NCBI GenBank assembly: GCA_029238215.1
Contig: JAQWGN010000002.1
Span: 235-64,234, forward strand
Reading direction: 5' to 3'
From: Flavobacteriaceae bacterium
GTDB lineage: Bacteria > Bacteroidota > Bacteroidia > Flavobacteriales > Flavobacteriaceae
Length of the DNA: 64,000 bases
The position numbers and the translations under genes were made by a program. The notes under the pieces are model-generated. The model worked only from the letters and a program-made list of their open reading frames with translations, was not told the DNA's origin and did not search any database. Shown one piece after another: positions 1 to 9,229 of this stretch (position 1 is the first letter of the stretch; every line of letters begins with the position of its first letter).

Positions 1-1
1 T

Positions 2-367
2 CAAATCACTTCTAGTTTGAATGGGCTCAATACCTCTGATTCGGAATATAAGGGTCTTATTGAAAATGCGTTTCAGCATTTAGAAAATTTTAAGAAAACC
101 TATACCAACAGTGCAATTTCTCATAAAAAGAAGTTGATTAGTTCGATTTTTCCAGAAAAAATAGAATTTGACGGAAAAAAATGTCGAACTACGAGAATCA
201 ATGATGTGTTGAGGTATATATTACAGATAGACAAGGAGTTAGTTGAAAATAAAAAGGGACAAATCTCAAAAAATATGAGTTTGTCCCGTGTGGTGGAGTC
301 GGAGGGAATCGAACCCTCGTCCAAACAAGTCAATTCAACGCTTTCTACAAGTGTAGTTTTCGATTAA
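2..367 (+). CDS. C-terminal fragment of a larger protein entering from the left edge; tentatively the tail of a Bacteroidota site-specific (serine-type) recombinase
   Basis: The frame is open from nt 2, with no stop upstream of the listed TTG at 17, so the gene is truncated by the window. The motif SSIFPEKIEFDGKKCRTTRINDVL resembles, from memory only, the C-terminal region of Bacteroidota resolvase/large serine recombinases. The last ~26 codons (291-367) are antisense to the tmRNA 3' end, so the listed stop may not be the native one. Confidence 0.3.
   Translation, partial: QITSSLNGLNTSDSEYKGLIENAFQHLENFKKTYTNSAISHKKKLISSIFPEKIEFDGKKCRTTRINDVLRYILQIDKELVENKKGQISKNMSLSRVVESEGIEPSSKQVNSTLSTSVVFD
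246..287 (-). terminator. Rho-independent terminator of ssrA
   Basis: On the minus strand, stem GGGACAAA (287-280) pairs with TTTGTCCC (263-256) and is followed by TTTTTATTTT, immediately downstream of the tmRNA 3' end at 291. Confidence 0.6.
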
Positions 368-689
368 TTTTCGAATAGTTGCTGACCGAAAACCGCCCAC
401 AATTACCTTAGCTTCTTTGTTTTGAGAATGCGTCGAAGCACCATATTCTCTATGTTGACTTTGATGGTGCCTTTATACGGAACGCCGTCAACAAGGGCTT
501 TCCAAAGACATCTCGCGTTCCCGCCTAGCGGGACGTGGCCTTAACCTACTATAATTCAGTTAATTAGGCTGCAAGAGCGTAGTTATTCTCGCCATTTAAA
601 ATGGTGGTACTATGAGATTTACGAGCTGTAGTCCAGCGCTCGACTTGCTTACATTGTCATGAATCTCGCTGTCAAAACCAGTCGACCCC
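291..689 (-). ncRNA. ssrA: tmRNA (transfer-messenger RNA)
   Basis: The minus strand starts GGGGTCGACTGGTTTTGACAGCG and ends GGTTCGATTCCCTCCGACTCCACCA (tRNA-Ala-like acceptor/T-arm). An internal tag ORF at 564-593 reads GGC GAG AAT AAC TAC GCT CTT GCA GCC TAA = GENNYALAA*, the typical Bacteroidota tag. Confidence 0.92.
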
Positions 690-726
690 ATGCCTTTCAA
701 AGAACGGCTCCCATCAAAGGGAAATG

Positions 727-734
727 CAAAGTTA
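727..734 (-). promoter_or_regulatory. Candidate Bacteroidota -7 box (TAACTTTG) upstream of ssrA
   Basis: Matches the TAnnTTTG consensus on the minus strand, ~38 nt upstream of the mature tmRNA 5' end. This would imply a processed precursor. Confidence 0.3.
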
Positions 735-742
735 CACTTATT

Positions 743-1555
743 TTAAGAGATTTGATTCACTGCCTTGCGAAGAATCGTCAAACGCTCAAGCAAGCCTTCC
801 ATTAAGTGGAGTGGAAGCATATTTGCTCCGTCACTTTTGGCACTGCTAGGATCGTGATGCGTTTCCATAAATAACCCATCTACGCCAGCTGCAATACCTG
901 CACGGGCAATGGTTTCAATAAGTTCTGGCTTTCCACCTGTAACTCCGCTCGATTGATTCGGTTGTTGCAAAGAATGCGTAACGTCTAAGACGGTTGGCGC
1001 AAAAGATTTCATTACTGGAATTCCCCTAAAATCTACAATCATATCCTGATAGCCAAACATGGTGCCTCTATCTGTTATCCAAACAGTTGAATTTCCCGAA
1101 TCTGTAACCTTTTTCACAGCATGTTTCATGCTTTCAGGACTCATGAATTGTCCTTTTTTCAGGCTTACGTACTTTCCAGTTTTTGCTGCTGCTACAACCA
1201 AGTCGGTTTGACGCACCAAAAAGGCAGGAATCTGTAAAACATCCACATATTGTGCGGCTTTTTCAGCATCTGCTACTTCGTGAATATCAGTAATGGTGGG
1301 CACGTTGAAACGTTGCCCTACTTTTTGAAGAATTTCAAGTGCCTTTTGATCACCAATGCCTGTAAAACTGTCAACTCTACTACGGTTTGCTTTTTTAAAA
1401 CTTCCCTTAAAAACAAAGGGAATGTTCAATTTATCGGTGAGTGTTACAAGCTGTTCTGCAATACGCATGGCCATCGTTTCACCTTCAATGGCACAGGGTC
1501 CTGCAAGTAAGAAAAATTGATCAGAATTGGCTTGGCGGTCTGTAAACTGTTTCAT
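743..1555 (-). CDS. kdsA: 3-deoxy-8-phosphooctulonate (KDO-8-P) synthase
   Basis: 270 aa. Family-typical stretches: LLAGPCAIE, FKGSFKKANRS, QIPAFLVRQTDL, and a C-terminal HHDP..AKSDG region. Confidence 0.9.
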   Translation of the reverse strand: MKQFTDRQANSDQFFLLAGPCAIEGETMAMRIAEQLVTLTDKLNIPFVFKGSFKKANRSRVDSFTGIGDQKALEILQKVGQRFNVPTITDIHEVADAEKAAQYVDVLQIPAFLVRQTDLVVAAAKTGKYVSLKKGQFMSPESMKHAVKKVTDSGNSTVWITDRGTMFGYQDMIVDFRGIPVMKSFAPTVLDVTHSLQQPNQSSGVTGGKPELIETIARAGIAAGVDGLFMETHHDPSSAKSDGANMLPLHLMEGLLERLTILRKAVNQIS

Positions 1556-1615
1556 GCGGTAAAAATACGGATTATGCTAAAGCAATATACGTTGGATTCC
1601 CATAGAAAATAACTG

Positions 1616-1623
1616 TACATTTG
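1616..1623 (+). promoter_or_regulatory. Candidate -7 box TACATTTG for typA, with TTG at 1592-1594 as a possible -33
   Basis: Matches the Bacteroidota sigma-A consensus TTG-N(17-23)-TAnnTTTG. Lies 18 nt upstream of the ATG at 1641. Confidence 0.45.
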
Positions 1624-1640
1624 TGCCGCCAAAAAAAGCT

Positions 1641-3446
1641 ATGGAAAATATCCGAAATATCGCCATCATCGCCCACGTAGATCATGGAAAAACAACACTT
1701 GTTGATAAAATTCTTCATCACTGTCAACTATTTAGAGACAACGAAACTAAGGGAGAACTGATCCTCGACAACAACGATTTAGAGCGTGAACGCGGAATTA
1801 CCATTTTGTCAAAAAATGTTTCTGTTCGCTACAAGGATACCAAAATTAATATTATCGACACGCCTGGTCACGCCGACTTTGGGGGTGAGGTAGAGCGTGT
1901 TTTAAACATGGCTGACGGTGTATTATTACTCGTAGATGCTTTTGAGGGACCTATGCCTCAAACACGTTTTGTGTTGCAAAAAGCGATTAACCTAAAGCTT
2001 AAGCCTATTGTGGTTGTCAATAAGGTTGATAAAGAAAACTGTACGCCAGAAGAGGTTTATGAAGCTGTTTTTGATCTGATGTTTGAGCTTGGAGCAGAAG
2101 AGTGGCAATTGGATTTTCCTGTGCTATATGGCTCTGCCAAGAACAATTGGATGTCTGAAGACTGGAAAAATCAAACCGAATCTGTAGAGCCGCTTTTGGA
2201 TGCTGTTGTGGAACACATACCAGCGCCTAAAGTTGAAGCGGGATCTACACAAATGTTGATTACTTCATTAGATTTCTCTTCATTTACAGGAAGAATCGCC
2301 ATTGGTCGTTTGCATAGAGGTTCGCTTAAGGCTTCAGCTATGGTTGCTATGGTAAAACGCGACGGCTCTGTGGTAAAATCTAGAATTAAAGAACTGTTGG
2401 TTTTTGATGGACTTGGACGTAAAAAAGTAGATCAAGTCGATGCAGGGGATTTATGTGCGGTTGTCGGTCTTGAAGATTTTGAAATTGGAGATACCATAGC
2501 AGATGTCGAAGCACCTGAAGCTTTACCGACCATTGCTATAGACGAACCAACAATGAGTATGTTGTTTACCATTAACGACTCACCGTTTTTTGGTAAGGAA
2601 GGAAAATTTGTAACTTCTAGACACATTAAAGATCGTTTGGAGCGAGAGCTTGAGCGAAATCTTGCTATGCGTTTAGAAGAAACGGGTGCTGCTGATAAAT
2701 TTATGGTATTCGGTAGGGGTGTACTTCACTTGTCTGTACTAATTGAAACCATGCGCCGTGAGGGTTATGAGCTTCAAATAGGGCAACCTCAAGTAATCAT
2801 TAAAGATGTTGATGGTAAAAAATGCGAGCCCATTGAAGAGCTTACAATCGATTTGCCTGATGCAGTTTCTGGAAAGGCAGTTGAAATGGTAACCATGCGT
2901 AAAGGAGAAATGCTTGCCATGGAGCCTAAAGGAGGACGTATGATATGTTCGTTTAAAATCCCTTCGAGAGGTATTATTGGTCTTCGAAATCAATTGCTAA
3001 CGGCAACAGCTGGAGAAGCGATTATGAACCACCGATTTGTTGCTTTCGAGCCATATAAAGGTGCAATTCCTGGTCGTATTAATGGATCGTTAATATCAAT
3101 GGAAAAAGGAACTGCAATTCCATATTCATTGGACAAACTTCAAGATCGAGGAAAATTCTTTATTCCACCAGGTGATGAAATTTATACAGGTCAGGTTATC
3201 GGAGAAAACTCACGTGCAGATGATTTGGTAGTGAATGTAACCAAAACAAAAAAGTTGTCAAACGTTAGAGCTTCTGGTACTGACGACAAGGTTAAACTTG
3301 CACCACCAATAACGTTTAGTTTAGAGGAAGCACTAGAATACATCCAAAAGGACGAGTACGTTGAAGTAACGCCAAACTCACTTAGATTACGGAAAATCTA
3401 CCTTGATGAAAACGAACGTAAACGTAACGACAAACAACTTGGATAA
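1641..3446 (+). CDS. typA: Translational GTPase TypA/BipA
   Basis: Begins MENIRNIAIIAHVDHGKTTLVD (G1 motif) and contains DTPGHADFGGEVER and NKVDK. About 600 aa, typical of BipA. The ATG at 1641 is preferred over the listed GTG at 1623. Confidence 0.93.
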   Translation: MENIRNIAIIAHVDHGKTTLVDKILHHCQLFRDNETKGELILDNNDLERERGITILSKNVSVRYKDTKINIIDTPGHADFGGEVERVLNMADGVLLLVDAFEGPMPQTRFVLQKAINLKLKPIVVVNKVDKENCTPEEVYEAVFDLMFELGAEEWQLDFPVLYGSAKNNWMSEDWKNQTESVEPLLDAVVEHIPAPKVEAGSTQMLITSLDFSSFTGRIAIGRLHRGSLKASAMVAMVKRDGSVVKSRIKELLVFDGLGRKKVDQVDAGDLCAVVGLEDFEIGDTIADVEAPEALPTIAIDEPTMSMLFTINDSPFFGKEGKFVTSRHIKDRLERELERNLAMRLEETGAADKFMVFGRGVLHLSVLIETMRREGYELQIGQPQVIIKDVDGKKCEPIEELTIDLPDAVSGKAVEMVTMRKGEMLAMEPKGGRMICSFKIPSRGIIGLRNQLLTATAGEAIMNHRFVAFEPYKGAIPGRINGSLISMEKGTAIPYSLDKLQDRGKFFIPPGDEIYTGQVIGENSRADDLVVNVTKTKKLSNVRASGTDDKVKLAPPITFSLEEALEYIQKDEYVEVTPNSLRLRKIYLDENERKRNDKQLG

Positions 3447-3477
3447 TTAATTTACTAAGTTTACGTTTTAATATTGG

Positions 3478-4446
3478 ATGAAAAATTTACGTATTGAGCG
3501 ATACAACAATACTCACAAACTAGCTTGGGATACATTTGTTAATCGGCTTGATACCCACAGCATACTTTTTTATAGAGATTTTATAAATTATCATCAGGAT
3601 CGATATGATGATTTTTCTCTTCTTATATTTAAGGATAATAAACTCCTTTCTATCCTGCCTGCTAATATTGATGCTAATAATATGATGCATTCACATCAAG
3701 GACTTAGCTATGGTGGATTACTTTTTAGCACTAACACTTCTTTTTCTTTTCGAGTTGAACAATTTTCGGTGCTACTTCATTTTTTGCATAAAAAAAACAT
3801 TAAAAAGCTTTTTATAAAAGGTCTTCCTCATTGCTACGCAAATGATTCTTCAGATAAACTCATATTTCATTGGTTAGAAGCAAAAACATATCGAACAGAT
3901 ATTTACTCTTACTTGCCTAAAGGTGCATATGAAAAGCCAAATCGAAATAGATTGAGACATTTGGAGAATGCAAAAAAACAGGATATTGAGATTCGTAGAG
4001 GGAAACAATTTGGTGAGTTTTGGGAAAAGGTATTGTCTCCAAATCTTAAAGACAGGTTTGCTGTTACACCAGTTCACACCTTAACTGAAATAGAACATTT
4101 GTCAGAGAAGTTTATTAATGAAATTATATTGTTCGGTACTTATCAAAATGATGTGCTACGAGCAGGAGCTGTGGTTTTTATTCATCGAGATGTAGTTCAT
4201 GTACAATACAGCGCTGGTGACAAAAATAGAGCAGATGGATCACTTGATTTATTGATTGATCACATTATTAAAAAATACAATACTGATAAGGTATTTAGCT
4301 TTGGGACATCATCTGAAAATCAAGGTAAACAGCTCAACGGCGGATTGTTATACTGGAAAGAAAGCTTTAAAGCTTGTAATGATGTACAGCCCTTTTATGT
4401 TATTGAGACAGAAAATCACACATTACTAGAAAATCGATTTAGATGA
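3478..4446 (+). CDS. GNAT/FemAB-like acyltransferase (putative amino-sugar N-acyltransferase)
   Basis: 322 aa. Its stop overlaps the downstream aminotransferase start (ATGA coupling at 4443-4446). The family assignment comes from recollection of similar ~320-aa GNAT-annotated proteins in Flavobacteriia sugar loci and was not checked by search. Confidence 0.45.
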   Translation: MKNLRIERYNNTHKLAWDTFVNRLDTHSILFYRDFINYHQDRYDDFSLLIFKDNKLLSILPANIDANNMMHSHQGLSYGGLLFSTNTSFSFRVEQFSVLLHFLHKKNIKKLFIKGLPHCYANDSSDKLIFHWLEAKTYRTDIYSYLPKGAYEKPNRNRLRHLENAKKQDIEIRRGKQFGEFWEKVLSPNLKDRFAVTPVHTLTEIEHLSEKFINEIILFGTYQNDVLRAGAVVFIHRDVVHVQYSAGDKNRADGSLDLLIDHIIKKYNTDKVFSFGTSSENQGKQLNGGLLYWKESFKACNDVQPFYVIETENHTLLENRFR

Positions 4447-5543
4447 TTCCATTTTATGACATAAAAGCTGAGAACAAACCATATGCAGCACAGTTTGCAA
4501 AGGAATTAACGTTGTGTATGGAGCATGGTCAATTTATTTTAGGAGATGCTGTAAAAGATTTTGAAATGCAGTACGCTGCCTTTTGTGGAACGAAACATTG
4601 TGTGGGAGTCAGTAATGGTTTGGATGCTCTACGATTAATTTTTGAGGGATATAAAGAATTGGGTGTGTTGCAAGAAGGAGATGCCGTATTGGTTCCAGCC
4701 CACACATACATTGCATCTATTTTGGCCGTAATTCAGTCGGGTTTAAAGCCTGTTTTTGTAGAGCCCGAGTTGTCGTCCTTCGGAATGGATATTTTGGAGG
4801 CTAAACAAGTAACTACATCATTAGTTAAAGCATGTCTGATTGTCCATCTTTATGGGTCTCTTGTAAATGTTGAACTTTTCCAAAAATTTGCTAAAAATAA
4901 TAAGTTATTATTAATAGAAGATGCGGCTCAGGCACATGGAGCGATAGATGCCTCCGGTCAAAAAGCAGGAGCCATTGGAAATGCAGCAGCTTTCAGTTTT
5001 TATCCCACAAAAAACATTGGAGCATTGGGGGATGCAGGGGCCGTTACAACAAATAATACAGACTTAAATAATGCAATACGTTCTATTCAAAATTATGGAG
5101 CCGCTAAAAAACATCAACACGATACGTTGGGCTTTAACATGCGGCTTGATAATTTACAAGCACGGTTTTTGTCAGTTAAGCTAAAAGACTATCCAGAGGC
5201 TATGAAGCGTAGGATACAAATTGCACACGGTTACTCCTCTAGTATTAAAAACCCCAAAATCACATTACCTGTGCACCCCAATGATGACTCTCACGTGTTT
5301 CATCTTTACGTTGTTCGTGTTGGAGACAGAAAAGGCTTTGTTAAATATTTAAATGAAGAAGGAATTGGTAATTTAATTCATTACCCAATACCACCACATA
5401 AGCAGAAAGCCCTCTCAGCCTTTACTAATTTAACCCTTCCTATTACTGAAAAATACCATGAGACGGTTGTTAGTATTCCACTTTATCCCAGCCTGAGCGA
5501 TGAGTCTATTCAGCGTATTATTGAAGTTTTAAACGCATACTAA
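4443..5543 (+). CDS. DegT/DnrJ/EryC1/StrS-family PLP sugar aminotransferase (FdtB/QdtB-like)
   Basis: 366 aa with motifs DAAQAHGA, FSFYPTKNIGALGDAGAV (PLP lysine context), NYG and GFNMRLDNLQA. Lies in an operon with an FdtA-like isomerase. Confidence 0.8.
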   Translation: MIPFYDIKAENKPYAAQFAKELTLCMEHGQFILGDAVKDFEMQYAAFCGTKHCVGVSNGLDALRLIFEGYKELGVLQEGDAVLVPAHTYIASILAVIQSGLKPVFVEPELSSFGMDILEAKQVTTSLVKACLIVHLYGSLVNVELFQKFAKNNKLLLIEDAAQAHGAIDASGQKAGAIGNAAAFSFYPTKNIGALGDAGAVTTNNTDLNNAIRSIQNYGAAKKHQHDTLGFNMRLDNLQARFLSVKLKDYPEAMKRRIQIAHGYSSSIKNPKITLPVHPNDDSHVFHLYVVRVGDRKGFVKYLNEEGIGNLIHYPIPPHKQKALSAFTNLTLPITEKYHETVVSIPLYPSLSDESIQRIIEVLNAY

Positions 5544-6836
5544 GTGAGCATTCAAAAAAAAATTACACAAAATGTACTATTCCGTGTCATTGGATATACG
5601 GGTAGTACAGGAATCCTTCGCCTTGGAGTTGGATTGGTTGCTCAAAAAGTCATCGCTGTTTTTCTAGGCGCGTCAGGTTTAGCAATTCTTGCTAATCTGC
5701 GTAATCTGATTGAAATTTTGACTTCGTTTTCATCTGTTGGTGCACAAAATGGCATTATTGCAGAAACTGCTTCTTCACAAAACAAACAAGCGTTTAGATT
5801 ATTAATTAATACTACAATAACAATGTTTCTAGGAGCTTCAATACTTCTAGCTATATTATTGCTATGGCAGCACGAATGGATTGCCATGCAGTTATACATT
5901 GATGCAACATATGGCGTAATTATTCAGGCACTTGCATTCACAATTCCTTTTATGGGGCTTACGTTATTAATGGAAGCTGTGTTAAGTGGAAAAAAGGCAT
6001 TTAAAACTGTTTCAAATCTTCAATTGGTATCAGCTATAAGTTCAGCTTTTCTCATGATTATGTTGCTTTATTATTATGGCATAAAGGGAGCGTTGTGCGC
6101 GCTGCTTTTACGTACTGTATTTACTTTTATCATCTATTTTATTTATTTCAAACTTACAGATTACGGGGAGTATTTTTTTAGCGGTTTCCGTCTTGATTTT
6201 TCAAAGATTAAGTTTTTACTTCCATACATTTTTATGGCTTTTGTTTCTGTCGGGTTTGTACATGCTATTAATATTGGGCTTCGTAGTTTTATAACAAGTA
6301 AAATTGACTTGCAATCAGCAGGGTTGTGGACAGCTATGAATGCTATATCATCAAATTATTTTGTTTTTATAACAGCTATTTTTTCACTCTATGTTTTGCC
6401 TCGATTTTCAGAAAAAACCATAAGTTTCAACCTGTTTGATGAATCAAAGAAAATACTTAAAACCTTAGTCCCTATTATTACACTTGGGTTGCTTGGTGTT
6501 TATGTTTTTCGAGAGTTTATAACTAAGTTGTTGTTTTCTACTGATTTCACTGCCATAACCTCACTTTTCAAATGGCAATTAGTAGCAGATTGGTTTCGTG
6601 TAATTTTTCTTGTTTTTGGTTATTATTTAGTAGCAAAAAAAGAATTAATGAAATATTTTATAGTTGAACTTTTTTCGTTTTCAATGCTCATTGGTTTAAG
6701 CTATTGTTGGATTGATAGTTTTGGAATTGAAGGCGTTGTTATGGCAAGTGCAGTCCGATATGTTGGATGCTTGATATTGGTTGTATTTTTATTGCGAAAA
6801 AAATTAACAAGAACTTATGGAAGTAGAATGGATTGA
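5544..6836 (+). CDS. wzx: Polysaccharide flippase (Wzx-like, MOP superfamily)
   Basis: 430 aa and very hydrophobic along its whole length, with multiple predicted TM segments. Located inside the sugar-nucleotide/glycosyltransferase locus. GTG start directly after the aminotransferase stop. Confidence 0.7.
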   Translation: MSIQKKITQNVLFRVIGYTGSTGILRLGVGLVAQKVIAVFLGASGLAILANLRNLIEILTSFSSVGAQNGIIAETASSQNKQAFRLLINTTITMFLGASILLAILLLWQHEWIAMQLYIDATYGVIIQALAFTIPFMGLTLLMEAVLSGKKAFKTVSNLQLVSAISSAFLMIMLLYYYGIKGALCALLLRTVFTFIIYFIYFKLTDYGEYFFSGFRLDFSKIKFLLPYIFMAFVSVGFVHAINIGLRSFITSKIDLQSAGLWTAMNAISSNYFVFITAIFSLYVLPRFSEKTISFNLFDESKKILKTLVPIITLGLLGVYVFREFITKLLFSTDFTAITSLFKWQLVADWFRVIFLVFGYYLVAKKELMKYFIVELFSFSMLIGLSYCWIDSFGIEGVVMASAVRYVGCLILVVFLLRKKLTRTYGSRMD

Positions 6837-7206
6837 CATACCAAACATTAAGGACCCCAGAGGAAACCTTGCTGTATTAGAAAACAGCAAACTTCCTTTT
6901 GATATTAAACGCGCCTACTATCTATATGACGTGCCTAGTGGAAGTGAGCGCGGAGGACACGCCCATAAAGAGCTCCTGCAATTGATTATTCCGCTTAGTG
7001 GAAGCTTTGAGCTGGTGCTCAAAGACGGTGTTAACCAAGCAACGATTTCCTTGAATAGCCCAGCCAAAGGAGTTCTTATTCCTAATATGATATGGCGTGA
7101 GTTGAAAAATTTCTCAGCAGGCACAGTGTGTTTGGTTTTGGCATCTGAAGAATATATTGAAGAAGATTACATTCGAGAATGGCAAGATTTCGTGCTACAG
7201 TGCTAA
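6817..7206 (+). CDS. fdtA: WxcM/FdtA-like cupin, dTDP-4-keto-6-deoxyhexose 3,4-ketoisomerase
   Basis: 129 aa. D.RG.L.V.E....PF.IKR.YY......ERGGHAH is the characteristic FdtA/QdtA cupin signature. Overlaps the wzx end by 20 nt. Confidence 0.75.
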   Translation: MEVEWIDIPNIKDPRGNLAVLENSKLPFDIKRAYYLYDVPSGSERGGHAHKELLQLIIPLSGSFELVLKDGVNQATISLNSPAKGVLIPNMIWRELKNFSAGTVCLVLASEEYIEEDYIREWQDFVLQC

Positions 7207-8100
7207 ACGCCTAAAAAACCACAAAATTTTAAAACAAAACTTACTTTGGGATGAAATATATAATAAGTACTGTTTTAATCTCCGCTTCTTTATTTTACTG
7301 AATGCCAGTGCTCCGTCTTTTGGTCTAAAATGTAGACTTGCATGAATTAGCTTTGTTTGAAAGTAATTTTCTTCAATCTTTTGAACAGCATCATTTCCCA
7401 AGTTGTATTTATTTACAAAAAACATCTTCATGTCAAAAAAGTCATGAAAATTACTCGAGTAAGATGTTTTTCTAACTCTGTAGGTAACAAAGGACTCATA
7501 GATAAAGTCATAGGTGCAATTAGATGTTAAGTCAGCTAATATTGGATAATCTTCAATCTTAAAACCTTTCTTTATATAAAGATCAAAATCTACATATAAA
7601 TCTAGAGCATTTTTCCTAAAACAGCATCCTAACGTTGGTGACCCTGTTGTTAGCATGTGATTCCTATAAGTCACTTTATTTAAAATATTTTTATTGTGAA
7701 AATAAGTTGATTTATTTCTGTGTTCATAAAATACATTGTACCCAGAATCAATGAAACCAAGGTTGGGATTACTCTCAAGCTTTTCAACCATTTTTTGTAA
7801 TCCAATTTCGTTGTGTATCCAATCGTCACCAGCCAAATCAAAAATATATTCTCCAGAGCACTGATCTAATGTGTTCTTGAAGTTTTTTAATATTCCTAAA
7901 TTCTTTTTGTTTTGAAATGGCTTTACATGCTCATATGTTTTTGCATAATCCTGAAGTATTTTAAATGTGTTATCAGTAGAGGCATCATCACCAATTACAA
8001 GTTCAAAAGGGAAGTTGATTTTTTGATTTAGCACAGAATCTATTGCATCTTTAATGTATCTTTCGCTGTTGTAAGTTAATATGTGGACAGATAGCTTCAT
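7195..8100 (-). CDS. Family 2 glycosyltransferase
   Basis: MKLSVHILTYNSERYIKDAIDSVLNQ...LVIGDDASTDNT is a canonical GT2 N-terminus with a DxD-type motif. The ATG at 8100 is preferred over the listed TTG at 8115. Confidence 0.8.
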   Translation of the reverse strand: MKLSVHILTYNSERYIKDAIDSVLNQKINFPFELVIGDDASTDNTFKILQDYAKTYEHVKPFQNKKNLGILKNFKNTLDQCSGEYIFDLAGDDWIHNEIGLQKMVEKLESNPNLGFIDSGYNVFYEHRNKSTYFHNKNILNKVTYRNHMLTTGSPTLGCCFRKNALDLYVDFDLYIKKGFKIEDYPILADLTSNCTYDFIYESFVTYRVRKTSYSSNFHDFFDMKMFFVNKYNLGNDAVQKIEENYFQTKLIHASLHFRPKDGALAFSKIKKRRLKQYLLYISSQSKFCFKILWFFRRLAL

Positions 8101-8131
8101 TGTATTATAAAACAATATTTGAATTAAATTG

Positions 8132-9229
8132 ATGTCAAAAGTAAGGATTGCAATTATAACACCATCTCTTGGAAGTGGTGGGGCTGAAAGAGTCTCATCT
8201 CTTGTGTCTATATTTTTAAGTAATATAGGGTATGATGTAACTGTACTTGCGGCCTATCCAAACCAAGAGTTTAATTATAAAGGTAAATACATTTATTTAG
8301 GTCAGTCCAAAACAAAATCAAAGAGCCTGTTTTCTCTTTTGGTTTCGTTTGGGTTATTATTTAAAGCTATTCGAAATGAAAAATTTGACTTTATCATTGA
8401 TTTTAGATCGAGAAGATTGTTTTGGATTGAAATGCTATTTCATACTTTAATTTATTCAGCTGTTAAAAATGTGATTTTAACCGTTCATCTTCCCCTTATT
8501 GAAAAGTATATACCAAAACCATGGTTTTTTTTTAAATCAATTTATAAGCGCGCTGCGGCACTAGTCGTAGTTTCTGATTCGATATACCATAAATTGACTC
8601 ATTTAGGTTACTCAAACCATCATGTTATCAAAAACCCTATCGATTTTACGCATATTGATAATCAAAAGAATGAGGATTTAGCATATACCAAGCCTTTTAT
8701 TTTGGCTGCAGGAAGAATGGATGATGATATTAAACGCTTTGATCATGTTATTCGGGCTTATGCTAGTAGTGTCCTTCCAAAAGCGGGGGTTGACTTGGTT
8801 ATCATAGGTAAAGGTAAAATAATGCCTTCGTTGATTGCGCTTGCAAAAGAACTTAATTGCGAGCTGTTGATTAAATTTGAAGGTTTTCAGAAAAACCCAT
8901 TCAAATACTTTTCAAAAGCTAAATTTTTTGTCCTTGCCAGTCGTTTTGAGGGTTTCCCCATGGTGTTGATTGAAAGCTTGGCTTGTGGTACGCCTGTTGT
9001 CTCTTACAATTGCCCAACAGGTCCCGATGAAATCATCAATCACGAACAAAATGGATTGCTAGTTGAAAATGGAAATTTGAATTTGCTATCTCAGGCTATA
9101 TCTAGATTGCAGATAGATAAAAACTTACACCATAACTGTAAAGAAAACGCTCGTAATTCAGTTAAGCATCTTTCATTTGATAAAATTCAAAAACAATGGA
9201 AAGATTTAATAGAATCTATTGTTGTTTAA
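8132..9229 (+). CDS. Family 4 (GT-B) glycosyltransferase
   Basis: N-terminus IAIITPSLGSGGAERV. The C-terminal motif SRFEGFPMVLIESLACGTPVVSYNCPTGPDEII is typical of GT4/RfaB-like enzymes. Confidence 0.8.
   Translation: MSKVRIAIITPSLGSGGAERVSSLVSIFLSNIGYDVTVLAAYPNQEFNYKGKYIYLGQSKTKSKSLFSLLVSFGLLFKAIRNEKFDFIIDFRSRRLFWIEMLFHTLIYSAVKNVILTVHLPLIEKYIPKPWFFFKSIYKRAAALVVVSDSIYHKLTHLGYSNHHVIKNPIDFTHIDNQKNEDLAYTKPFILAAGRMDDDIKRFDHVIRAYASSVLPKAGVDLVIIGKGKIMPSLIALAKELNCELLIKFEGFQKNPFKYFSKAKFFVLASRFEGFPMVLIESLACGTPVVSYNCPTGPDEIINHEQNGLLVENGNLNLLSQAISRLQIDKNLHHNCKENARNSVKHLSFDKIQKQWKDLIESIVV

Noticed and set aside
121-333. 70-aa minus-strand ORF overlapping the tmRNA 3' end and terminator
   Set aside because: It overlaps a confidently identified tmRNA and its terminator, and is antisense to the longer edge ORF. 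There is no supporting signal.
7157-7345. 62-aa + strand ORF spanning the fdtA end and the GT2 3' end
   Set aside because: It overlaps two better-supported genes, in an alternative frame of fdtA and antisense to the GT2 gene. Most likely spurious.
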